Source of the DNA: Ginglymostoma cirratum
Taxonomy: Eukaryota
DNA: 64,000 bases
Reading direction: 5' to 3'
Assembly: GCA_024137785.1 (NCBI GenBank)
Contig: JAHRHZ010000021.1
Span: 24,388,895-24,452,894 of the forward strand
A program made the position numbers and the translations under genes. Below, piece by piece: positions 24,972 through 36,400 of the stretch. The notes beneath the pieces were generated by a model. That model worked only from the letters and a program-made list of their open reading frames with translations. It searched no databases and had not been told where the DNA came from. Numbering within the stretch: position 1 is the first letter of the stretch; every line of letters begins with the position of its first letter.

Positions 24972-26420
24972 AAAAACCGAGATTGCTGGAAATACCCAGC
25001 AGATTTGGCAGAAATTTTGAAGAGAAAGAAAGCTAACATTTATGGTTGTTGATCTTTTGTCAGGGTTGGAAAATGTTAAGAGAAGTAACAGGTTGTGCTT
25101 GCTTGCAAAGGCAGGGAAATATGAAGCAATGACAAGAATGGTTTATGATAGGGTGGAAAGCAATTTGGGTAAATTGATGAAAAGATGATGGTTGCAATGG
25201 AACAAGAAACAATGATGTGTCTAGAAGGAGTGTAAATAGCTGTAGACAAGCAGTTATCCAAAGCTACTAATGGGGAAAAATAATAAAGATAACGCTTCCG
25301 GTTTGTAATAGTTCAATTTGGTATTGGCTCTGTGAAACTGTGAATTGCATAATCAAAATATTAGGTATTGTGCCTTGAATGTACATTGCATTTAATTGGT
25401 ACAGTGTAGAGCAGTGGTTTTCAACCAGTCTGCAGATTGTCCATGTGTAACATGAAATTTTGTGGAAAGATAATGAAAATGTAGTTTCATTTTAAAACAA
25501 TATTCTATCCAATCAAAATTACAGTTCATAAAACTCATGAAAATCAAACATCAAATTAAAATTGAGATATCAGCGAGCTGTAATACTTTTACAATTTCTG
25601 ACAGCTTTCCTGTACAATCTAGCAACATTGGCATACATACCTAAACAACATGGGGGAGTGCTTGTCAGTCGAACAAGATTTGCGGGTGACTTCTCATCAA
25701 TTCCTCCCTCAGTCAGAAAGCTCAATGTGCGCCAGCAGGCCCAAGTTTCCCATTAACTCAATAAATTGCAATGTATTCTATTTTGCATTTTGCTCTGATC
25801 CATTGAATTTCAGTTATGTATCAGTTCAGTTATTTAATGGAAGTTGTACTTTTAAAAATGTTGTTAAAAATATGAAATGTCATTTGTGAAATTCAAACCC
25901 TAGAACCGAGTTCAGTGTGCGGAACACGTTTAGGACAGTGAATAGTTTGAAATTATTGAGTTGAGCAGGTTTTCAACATGCCTGTGTTCACAGATGAAAA
26001 CGGTATATTTTGCCAATGGATCTGAAACGTTAATGCCTTTCTTTAGTTTGTTGTATGCACGATGTTGCAAATGTCTCTAGTAAGACCATTATCATAGTGA
26101 AAACAAGTAAGTGAGACATTTATGAGCAATCAATTCAGCAGAAAAAAGTGGGTTTGCTGCGAAATTTTATCTTATTGTAGTTCACCATGTTCCTGAAAAG
26201 GCTGGGAACCGCTTGTGTAGAAACCATGTCACAGTGGGAGGAGATTTAAAACAATAGAGAACTTTTGGCCATGATTGAAAAAAACACCCATTCGCTTTTC
26301 AGTCACTTCCAACAGCCTGTTTTCACAGCACCTTCCAGTGCAAGCACGGGAGATGTAGCATTTGCCCTTTACGTCCTACCTCTGCCCGTCTTGCTTACCT
26401 GTGGACTGTGTTACCCCAGG
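24972..26420. mobile_element. Decayed Neptune-type Penelope remnant (pLTR on - strand, Cys motif on + strand) split by a hAT element
   Basis: pLTR-like 24972-25075; STFQCKHGRCSICP at 26327-26368 resembles the Cys cluster preceding the GIY-YIG domain. Confidence 0.45.
25412..26214 (+). mobile_element. hAT (Charlie/Buster) non-autonomous deletion derivative
   Basis: TIRs CAGTGGTTTTCAACC ... GGCTGGGAACCGCTT; 8-bp TSD GTGTAGAG/GTGTAGAA; transposase C-terminus remnant (EQDLRV...SSIPPSVRKL...QAQVSH*) ending at 25756. Confidence 0.85.
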
Positions 26421-26599
26421 GGCTGGTGCAATGCTAAGTTAATTAGGCCTTAAACACTTTATTATTCTAAGTATGTGGGTGAATGAGCACATAAACGATT
26501 AGTTAAGTAAAATGAATCAGCCACAACAACCTGCCTTTGATGGAGTAAAATGTCCCAATCTTCATTTACAAGTGTATGTTTAGACTAATGGGGACCTTT

Positions 26600-26935
26600 A
26601 TGGCCAGATGGTGGCTGAATGGTAATGTCACTGTACTCCTAAGCCAAAAGACATGGATTCACATCTCACCATGGCAGCTGGTGGGCTTTGAACTCTATTA
26701 ATAGATCTGGATTGCAAAGGTAGGCTTCACTAATGGTTACCATGACAACTGTCACGAACATAAAGACACCTCTTTTTCACTAATGTCCTTTTAGGGAAGG
26801 AAACCCGGTTTGGTCTACATTAATGTGGTTGTTTCTTAACTGCTGTCTGAAAATATTTAATTAAGTCACTGGAGTCGAGAGGAATTGGGCTAGGGAAACA
26901 ACTTGCTGACAAAACACTCATCCCACAAAAGAATA
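26600..26935 (+). mobile_element. Decayed tRNA-SINE with CR1-type tail
   Basis: cactaatgtccttttagggaaggaaa and related blocks shared with 185-476. Confidence 0.7.
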
Positions 26936-26959
26936 GAGAAACAAAAAATGGCTCTTAAT

Positions 26960-28450
26960 GAAATAAGTTAATGTTGGTGATCAAAATCTTGTTCAGAGAT
27001 AGATTCCAGAGAACATTTTAAAGAACGAGAGAGAGGTGGAGGAGTTTAGGAAGGGAGTTTGAGTTAGGGCCTAAACAGCTGAAGACATAGCTGCCATTGG
27101 TGGATGAATGGCCTAATGGAAAAGACACCTGACTTTGATGCTAACTGAGGTGCTAGCAGATGATTACAGGTTTCAATCCTGTTGTGATCATTTTGGGCAG
27201 TAATGGCATAGTGGACATATCCCTTCCTCTGAACCAGGAGGCTTGAGTTCAAGTCCCACCTTCTCTGTAGGTGTATAACAACATCTCTGAGTAGTTCGAT
27301 TAGGAAAATATCAAGAATAATTTCAAAAGGTCAGAAATTGAGAAACAAAATTGAAGTTCTTGTTATGGCAATGAAAGTGTTTTCTAAAATGAAAATGACA
27401 AGGCCATTGAGTAACTTCAACACGATTGAAAATGATAAAATCTAGGCTTTTGTAGACCACAAACCAGTGTGAGTTAACAAATGTAAGGGTATGAGTGAGA
27501 GTAGGGCTTGATACACATAATGTTACATGTTCCAGAGTTTTCAATTAACTTTAAGACAACAAGCTTCCAGGAAAGTCTTGGAATAGCCAAGTCTGGAGGC
27601 AGTTTAAGCATGGATCAGGGCATCAGTGTGTATAGCCTGCTGTGGTAGGTGGTATTACAGAGGTGAATGTAGTCAGTTTTGTCATGGTTTAAGTGACATG
27701 GTCAGAAGATTAGCCCAAGATATAAATAGAATGCCTAGGGAGTGAACAGTCTAAATTGGTCCATGGAATCTAGCTCCTCATTATTTAATTGAAGGTGATT
27801 TTCTCTAATGCAGAACTGGATGACCAGACAAGTAGCCCAACAGTGTTGAGGCAGAGCTTGGGTTGAAACAAGTGTTACTGAGACAAAGCTGGGTTTTGTC
27901 AGTACACGTGTATCTGACGTTAGGTTTTTGGTTGATATTGCTGAAGACCAGTGTGTGGTTAAGAAGTCAGAATGAGATTCAGGAGAACTCGAGGTCTAAC
28001 TGTGTGGATATGGGAATGCTGGGGAAGAGAGTAAATCTGGCCGTGACTTGTAGGCAAGTGTGGAACCAGTAAGGGTAGTTTCACCCTTTTGCAGGAAAGG
28101 CTTCAATATAAAATTGTGTTGTCAACAGCTGTGTGAACAGTTACAAACAGATCAAGAGAGCTATAGGGGGATAGTATATATGGTTAAACTCCTGTGGAAT
28201 CTCAATTTTGACTTCTAATTACAGCTGCTTCAGGGCAGGAATAGAAATCTGATTTTAAGAAAGTTCAAACATGGGAGTTATGGAATAAATTGATGTGGAT
28301 TCAGGTGGTGACAATCATCTGGAGAGGAAGTTTGCAGATTAGCTGGCCAGCACTGTGTTTTTAGAAAGGAGAGAGGCAGTAACTGAGGAGACTGGGAACT
28401 GTCTTTCGTCTCAGAATACGTGAGGGCGGGGAGAAAACTGTTGGCTGTTC
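26960..28450 (-). mobile_element. Highly decayed L2-like LINE remnants
   Basis: agggagtttgagttagggcctaaacagctgaagaca..gccattggtgg is a typical L2-type phrase; purine-rich decayed tract. Confidence 0.45.
27196..27312 (+). mobile_element. ~115 bp tRNA-derived element
   Basis: A box tggcatagtgg, B box gagttcaagtcc; homologous to 41700-41802 and 63420-63532. Confidence 0.65.
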
Positions 28451-31400
28451 AATTAAATCATTGTGGGTGTGTTATAGAGCAGGAACGAATTTTCTGATCA
28501 AATTCATTATATCACACTATGCCTAGAAAAATCTGGCAATACATAACATTGCTGATGCGTCTGTGATGTTCAGAGCTCTGGCCTACTTATTGGCCCAGAT
28601 CTTATGGTCGAGAGTGGCATTTCCGATTCTGATCAGGCAAGGGAAGTACACTTCTTTTAGAGGAGATTACCACTGAACCTCCAGGCCAAGTGGCCTTCTC
28701 AGCTGAAGCAATCTGGTGTAGTCTGTGAATCAACATAGCCAAAAGAGAAATGTCCCCTTTCTCACAACAATACCTGCTGCATTCCAGGAATTAAATGTTC
28801 TGAAGCCACTTCCTTAGTTGCTGCCGTGAGGTAAGTGAGGCGATAGAGTCGGCAGGTCAGTGAGTTGTTAGGGTAGGGTAGGTCAGTGTGGAGGGGGAGT
28901 CAGGGCTTTGGGAGCTGTTGAAGCAGATCTGGACTGGGGGCGCAGGGGGGTGCATGCTGCTGCAAACAAGTCACTTTGATATGGTTCAAGAGTTTAGTGT
29001 GGGTGACAGATGTCCCTGAGCCAGTATCGATCAAGGGTGCTGGGGGGAGTTGGAAGCCAGGTCAGTGGGGCTGATATTTATTTAGAACTAATGACGTTGC
29101 CAATGTTACTCCATTAAAGGAGGAAACTTGCTTGTAATCAGACATTCACTTTTTTGAAACCAAAAAAGCGATCATTTCTAAAATTTGATCACCCAGAGGG
29201 AGGGTGTAAAATTATTAAAATAATGCCCTTTTATTTCTGGGACACCACTTCAGAACAGAAAACCTCTTCAAGATCATTTCAAGGCAGCCAGAATTGGTGG
29301 AAATAACAGTTACAAAAATTTACCCCAGCCAGTGATGTAACATAATGGTCCAAAATCTATTGATATAGTAACAAGTTTAATATGCTGCCCTTGTTAACGG
29401 GTAGGTCTTCCAGCAGTTTGTGTTGGGCAGAAGTACCCCTTCAGTTGTGAACGTGGAAATGCCTTTGCTGATTTTTCTCTGCTCTGTGTTGACCTTGCAA
29501 GGAAAGCAGCTCGCTTTTATCTTTCTGTAAATTTAATTTTTTGTGTTTTAATTGACAACTAAACCAGTAGACAATTAAAGCTCCAAGTGCATACCTTCTT
29601 AGACACTTATGACCCTACAGTTCCAATCAGTGTTTCTGTCGGTAAAGGGAACAAGTTAAACTCCTGCCCCTGCCCTAGATAGTACATTATTAGATTTGTA
29701 AAATCAAGAATTCAATATTTGTGTTGAATTTTCTTTCTTTATCTCTTATGTCTCTGTCCTTTACTCCAATTTTACTTTCTCTGACCAATTCATCCTCTCT
29801 TTCTGCTGCTCCTGTTTCTTTCTCGGTCCTTAAATCTCATTGGTTAAAGCGATAGTTAGCTGTGATGTTCACTGGAATCCCAAATGCCTCACTACCCACG
29901 CCCCACACCCAATGAACTTCCAGCAACCTCCAGGCCAGAAACCCTTTTTGATCTGAAAAGGTGAATGAAAAAGGGCACATAACAAGATCATCCTGTCCAG
30001 CAAAATTTTGACCAAGTGCTGCCAGTTAGATAAGTCATGAGTGGAGATGTTTTGAGTGTGTTATTGGATATACCCAACTGGAAGATGTATTTGTCATTTT
30101 AGAGCCTAGAAGGGTCAAATGAAGAGATGGGTTACAACTGGAAATGTCACACTTGTTACAGGGTAGTGAGCGGGTTCTTCTGCTTGGCTGGAGCATTATT
30201 CTGAATCTGTTCTGACCTATATCCAACATGTGGATAGTCAGTGCCGACTCATGAGTTTAAAAATACTTTTCCTCCAAGATTTAATTGAACACAAAACTGC
30301 AAATCAAATAAACTGGCAAACCCTAATCCGATTACCTAGTTTTGAGGTTTATTTTTCCATCACTGTCAGCATGAATATTTCTGGATGACAAAATGTATTT
30401 TCATTATTGTTGAAAATTCACTTCAACAGCATATGTAATATTCTTCTGATTTTGTTTTCTTGCTGTCTCTTTTAAATGTCTACTTGTGTTAACCTATCAT
30501 CTGTTTATTCATGGGGCATTTGTTTTCATAAACGTTCATGACTAACTTTCTTAGCGATGGGATCAAACAATTGTTTTGAAGTAGACATGAGTAACTGTCA
30601 ATGAAACAAAACTGTCTGAGTTTATACCTGTCTAAAGATAATTGGTCAGTTGAAAATATCTGTTTCATGTTGGTAAGATAGTTACTCCAATGTGCGCAAT
30701 AAAGAAATAAAACACTATAGCAATTATATTGATCTTGTGATTATTCCACATTTAACATGATTGATAGGGCATATCTTGCATGGTTTGGTTGTGGAGTTAT
30801 ATAAATAACAGTTCAGTCAGCACAGATGGTAGGTAGTTTGCTGTGAATCTCAAGGGCAGGTGTTGGGAATATTTGTAATGCACCTTGCATCTAGTTAAGT
30901 CCTGTTATAGGTTTTCAACCTGTTCTGGTTCCACTGCTACACAGCCATTTAAGGCAAACAAATGTTTTTTGTATGACGTATCTCCTCATTAACCATATGA
31001 CAAGTTTTTGTTCTTTTCTATTGAAAAACATGGCCACTTGTTGAGAGCAAGCAGTTTTTACCAGCTACAGGAAAATTTATACATAAACTTTCCTCAGATT
31101 GATGCCCCTCACTAATTCCAACCAATTTTAGTAATTTTATAGCTGGGTGGCCATGCTTTTGACATCATTTATACTTTGTAGCAATAGTGCTGTTGGATCT
31201 TTCTTTCATTTTGTGAACTTTGCATTGATCTGTAGTTAGTTGAAATCTGTGCACCCTGTTTAATCCTCCCATTTCAATACAGACAATATTTCAGTGTAAT
31301 GCCTTCATTACAGTCGTGGTTCCCCTCGTTTGCCTAGTAAATAACAGAAATTGACTGACAGATAATTTAACATTTTTCATATTTTGCTCAGTCACTACTG

Positions 31401-31540
31401 TATGGAGATCTGAGTCATAGAAATGAAATCATGCATTGTATAAGTTGTAGAAATTGAATTTCCTTTTATTCTCTTCAGACTGGCAAGCTAACCTCTGTCA
31501 GACAGGAATTGACTATGATTAGTGACGACTGAAACAAGTA

Positions 31541-31937
31541 GGTGTCAGCCATTACTCAGTTGGTAGCACTCCCACCTCTGAATCAGAGCAGTTCAAGTTG
31601 GATGTCAAAATTTTCAGCAAAATACTCCAATGCAATATTAAGTGAATGCTGGAGATGCCATCTTTCAGAAAAACTGTTGAACCACGCATATACAAACACA
31701 CGCACACAATCTCTGCCCTCCATGGCATTGTCATGAACATTCTGGCCAATGCATATCCTTCAATCACAAACAGGTATGTAATTATTATTATGTTGCTGTC
31801 ACCGGAGCTTGCTGCACCCAAATTAGCAGTCGCGTTTGTCACGGTATAACAGTGACGATACTGCAAATGCTGCTTGTCGGTAAAGTATTTGAGGATGTCC
31901 TGAGGTTGTGAAAAGTGCTACATAAATGCAGGCTTTT
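31541..31937 (+). mobile_element. DeuSINE-like (SacSINE1/AmnSINE1-related) SINE
   Basis: tRNA head (tactcagttggtagcactc), central ctggccaatgcatatccttcaa...gcttgctgcacccaaattagcag, L2-type tail gtcctgaggttgtgaaaagtgctacataaatgca. Confidence 0.65.
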
Positions 31938-33834
31938 GTCCTTTGAGGCTTTGCACTGAGAAAATTCTACATGTCAAGGGGAGAAACATTTGGAATGTGG
32001 TTAATGTAGTCGGATCTGTCCTCAAGCATTTTAAAGTTGTGGAGAAATGAAGAATGCACATTCCCTCGCCTTCGTCTGGTATTACTAACTTGAAGTTTGT
32101 TTTGCGCATGCTTTTGTGTCTGTAATAATGTTAGCAAAATAGTTCACAAAAGGCATGACGAGTATCGATAAGTATATTCATAAAACATAATGATGTTCAT
32201 TGATGCCTCTGATCCAGCTATAGCACAGGAGAAGAATACATATTAATGTCTGCAAACTTGAATACAGTAAATTAAGTTGACTGTATCTGGGCGTAATCCT
32301 TTCCTGAAGGGCATAATATGAACTACAGTAACTTTCCTTCAAAAACACACCATCGTGCTTTCACAGTGTTTTTGTTTAGGTTTAGACTTACCATGCGTAA
32401 GGTATCAAGTTCTAATGGAGGAAATACTTCTGAGTGAAACTTTCAGAATCGGCAGTGGGAGTTTAGTTGTGGAGTGAAGAGTCCATGGCAGTTATAAAAT
32501 GCGACTAGTAATCTTGTTCCCTGGAAGAACAATAGAAATATAGAAAAACAATTAATTTTCTAATGATCTAACTCCTTTGAAAAGGAGCTGGATGCACATC
32601 AGTTTTAAGGATGTGATTGTGAATCAAGTGCATACATCTATGGAGAACAAATGCCATTTGAATTCTTGTCCTGCAGGGTTTAAAGAAGTGCCCTACACAG
32701 AGAGCAGTCACTTAAAATACTGGAGTGCAGTGCAAACTTTATTTGATTTGCTTTGGGGCAAGAGATTTATCTTTGGAGATTTTACATATGGTGAGGGCAT
32801 TACATAGACTATTAGGTGTGCAAATTGTGTACTACTTATTGAAAAGTTCTGATCCAGTGAGTCTGGTGACTTTTTTCCTGTATGCTTTAAATGTGCCTTC
32901 TATTTGTTTGGTTTTTAAATGGCTACTTCACCAAGTATGCGCATCAGTTTACTGTATTGTCAGTGCTGTCTGAAATTAGGTTAGGCCAAAATGTGAAGGG
33001 CAGTCTTTGTTCTGACTATCTGATTTTGTTACTTCTGCTGTAGTATATCTACAGCATCATACGTTGTAGAGATTGTACCACTTTATGTATATTAATGGAT
33101 TGTCTAAGTTTTTTTTTGTTTTGCATTTTATTTGCTATTCTTAATTCGTTCCTCTTCCATGGAAACAAGGTTTGACTGCCAAAAATTGGCACACTTGAGA
33201 AATGAAGCTGGGTACAATAGAACATTTCAATTAGCTGATGTCACATGAATAACATACATGCAAAGGTAAATGAGATTGCATTGAGAGGATCTAGCTTGAA
33301 CATGGTAAGGCTTTAAATTAATAAATCTTCTTTAATAATATTAGGGAGACTGTATGTATATCTTTTTATTTTCTTTAACAGATTGATATTAGACAACAGG
33401 GTAACATTCTCCAACTGGAAGAGCAGCACTGTTTGTCTCATGGGTGTCTCTGGAAGGATGCTGTGTGCATTCTGTTTCTGGAAAGTGATCTCTGCAGTGA
33501 CCTGGATGGTAGACAGTGAAAGTTGTCTGTCAAGCAGAATGATTGGAATTTGAACTTAAGCTGTCTTAAGTGGAGCTCATCTCTGCTCCTCTCCTTACTG
33601 ATGAAAATAACTTATAAGAGATTTTATTCAAATGAGAATAGGCTGAAGCTCTTCACCTGAATTGTTGCATAAATGTGTCTTTTTTTTAAAAAAGTAGCTA
33701 ATCTAGCAAAATGATACTGATAGTAACCATTCTGTTAAAAATTAAGTTTCTTTTTTACTCTTTGGTAAACGTATGGGTTGGGAATAATTTCAAGAAATTA
33801 AGGCAATATAATTACAGCTGCTTGAATTTTTAAG

Positions 33835-33990
33835 AAAAAAACAGATGTTCTGTAGATGCTCAGTAGGTCAAGTAGCGTCTTTAGGGAAAGAAACGCAATG
33901 TCAATGAAAGCTCGTTGACCTGAAACAGTTTCTTTCTTTAGCGATAATGTGTGACCTGTCAAGTACTTGTATCATCTCCTCTTTCTGTTT
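33835..33990. repeat. Decayed fold-back of a pLTR with hammerhead remnant
   Basis: gaaagaaac/gtttctttc and aggtca/tgacct complementary arms around atgaaagctcgttgacctgaaac. Confidence 0.5.
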
Positions 33991-34079
33991 AACATTTCAG
34001 GGAATCTGTTTGTTTCTGCACCCTCCCACTCTCATATGACAAGTAGTGGGCTGCTATTTCGTAATGGCTTTAACTGAGA

Positions 34080-36400
34080 AAATGCCTGAAGGTGCTTCAC
34101 AGAAGGATGTAGAGAAACAGATGCCCTACTTATGAGAATGACCTATAGCGTATTTGCAGTGTGGGATTTGAGAATGCATTTAAAAGAGGAAACAGAGGTT
34201 GAGGAGGACCCGAGTTTGAGGTGAGTTTAGATGTTCAGGGGAACTTGGCTTAAGGTCCTGTTACCAGTGGGAGTTGAAGTGATAGGGAGAGATCAGAGTG
34301 TGAGGACCAAAGACTGTGGCTAATATTCCAAAGTTATTTGAGTTAAAATATCACCACAGCAGCTTATGACTTTTAATCAAGATTTTAAAAAAAGCCTTAA
34401 AAAGTTGGTGTCAGTTTTAAAAAAAAAGGTGATCATGAACCTGTCAGATTGTTGTAAGTAGTCAACTGCTACATTTGATATCCTTCAGGACCTGTCCTTA
34501 ATAATAACGTAAAGTGCTAGAGAAACTCGATAGGTCTGTCTGCATCTGTGGAGAGAAGAAGTTAATGTTTTGATTCCTTAATCCCTGTATTTGGTTCTAG
34601 TCCCAAGTCACTGTGGTTGCTAGCAAGTCATGCTATTGTGTCTCCCACTAGTGATGGACTGTAAATGTGAATAACTACTATGTCCTCCGAATGAAAATAA
34701 GTTATACAGGCAGCTGAGAGTTAATACAACCAGGAAATGAGTAAATAGGCTATAATGTGGACAGACCAAAAGAGTACATGTCTGTTGGACAAGTTGGAGT
34801 TATGAAAAGTGATGGAAGGGAAGGAAAATTAAAAGAATCAAAATCAACAAGTCTGGACATGATAGATGGATTAGAATTTTAGCATTTGAGGACTGATGTA
34901 GAAGTGGAGTGCGAACAATGTTTCATAGGTGGTTTTAATGGGTAGGAGGTAAGCTTGAAGGCTTACAGATGAAGTGAACAGACACCAATGTAGTTGATAA
35001 TCTATTTCAGTCTGAGTGAATGTCAGAGGAGGAAGTTAGTAAAGGATGGAATTTTATGGTGGGGATCAAAAGTCATTGGCAAATTTAATCTTTATCCATA
35101 ACCAAGAATGGAACCTAGTGAGTATGAACAAATTGATACAACAAAACATGATCCACATTGGTCAATGTGATATAAAATTAACAATTCTGATTTTCTGCCA
35201 AAAGCACCATGTTAGATTTTGGTGCCAAATGTGGCTGCCACACTTTTGGCAGGTTGCTTTAAACCACCTTCAATAGATTAACTATCCAAATTAAAAGATC
35301 AACTTTAGGACTGGTGGCTGGTGTGTGTAAGACTGTTTGTGTCTCGAGTGCTTTTTTTCCCTCAAACCTGGCTCCAAGCAGTAATGTTGAAAAACATCGG
35401 AACAAGTTCCCAAGTGTAACTAGGATTTAGTATTCTATGAAGACGAATTATAACTGGGCGTTTTCACTGCACAGGTGGAACATGTACTGTAATCAGTTGC
35501 TATCACCAAAGAACATTGCATATATAAGAAACAGGAAGGGGTTGAATATTATCCATGGGAAATTCCAGAGAGTTAGTGCAGGAGTAGTGGAACAAAAAGC
35601 TGTTGCAGTGATTCTCTGACTGCAGCTGGGCTGGTAAAATTGGAAAAGGTGAATGCAGCCCTACCCAGACAGACCAGGGTCAAGAGATGTTGATGGAAAA
35701 TGTCATGGTAAGCAGTGTTAATGTCTGTGTGCAGGTTAAGAAGGATGAGGAAGATAAATTTATTTTTATCAGATCACATAAACATTCATCCATGACTGAT
35801 TAAAGAACTATTGCAGTGCTATAGCAGGGGCAGAAACTTGATTGGAGTGATTCAGTCTCCACAATCCATGAAGGGTGGGTCTGGATTTGAGATGATGAAA
35901 CTCTCCCGGACCTTGAGGAGAAAAGGAGAATGGAGATGGGACGTTAGTTAAGCAAGGGTAGAATGGCTAAGCATTATAGAGAGGGCAGATAAGAGCAACT
36001 TTGAAGTAGAAGAGAAGTGATACAAGAAATAAGAGAAGCATTAACCATATCAATTCAGAGCTAGGAAAGGAGATCGGATGGTCAGCTGTTCAGTGGAATA
36101 GGACCCTGACATAATGAAGTGGGTCTTATGGGCAAGATGATTTCAGAGAGAGCGTGGAGGGAGATGGGAGAGACTTTGGAACAAGTTGCAAATTCAGGAA
36201 GGCAGTAAGGTGCAAAATTTGAACTTTGAGGATCTTTCAGCTAATGGGATAGGGGAAGGGAGGGAACCACCTCACATAGTTGCAGTCTTTACACTTATGA
36301 AGTCCATGGGCTTTGAGTTCCCCACAATTATTGTTGGAGGGGAAGGTGGTGTAGGAGTGTGATAGTGGTGGTAAGAAGAAAAATGCTGTCGTAACCTTAT
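34080..36400 (-). mobile_element. Decayed L2-like LINE region with nested SINE (about 34340-34700) and pLTR fragment (about 34505-34575)
   Basis: Purine-rich decayed LINE phrases; SINE and pLTR blocks recognisable from other copies in the window. Confidence 0.4.

Noticed and set aside
33382-33400. Possible microexon after a strong polypyrimidine-AG
   Set aside because: The only nearby GT donor gives 19 nt (frameshifting) with a weak GTAACA site; no supporting homology.
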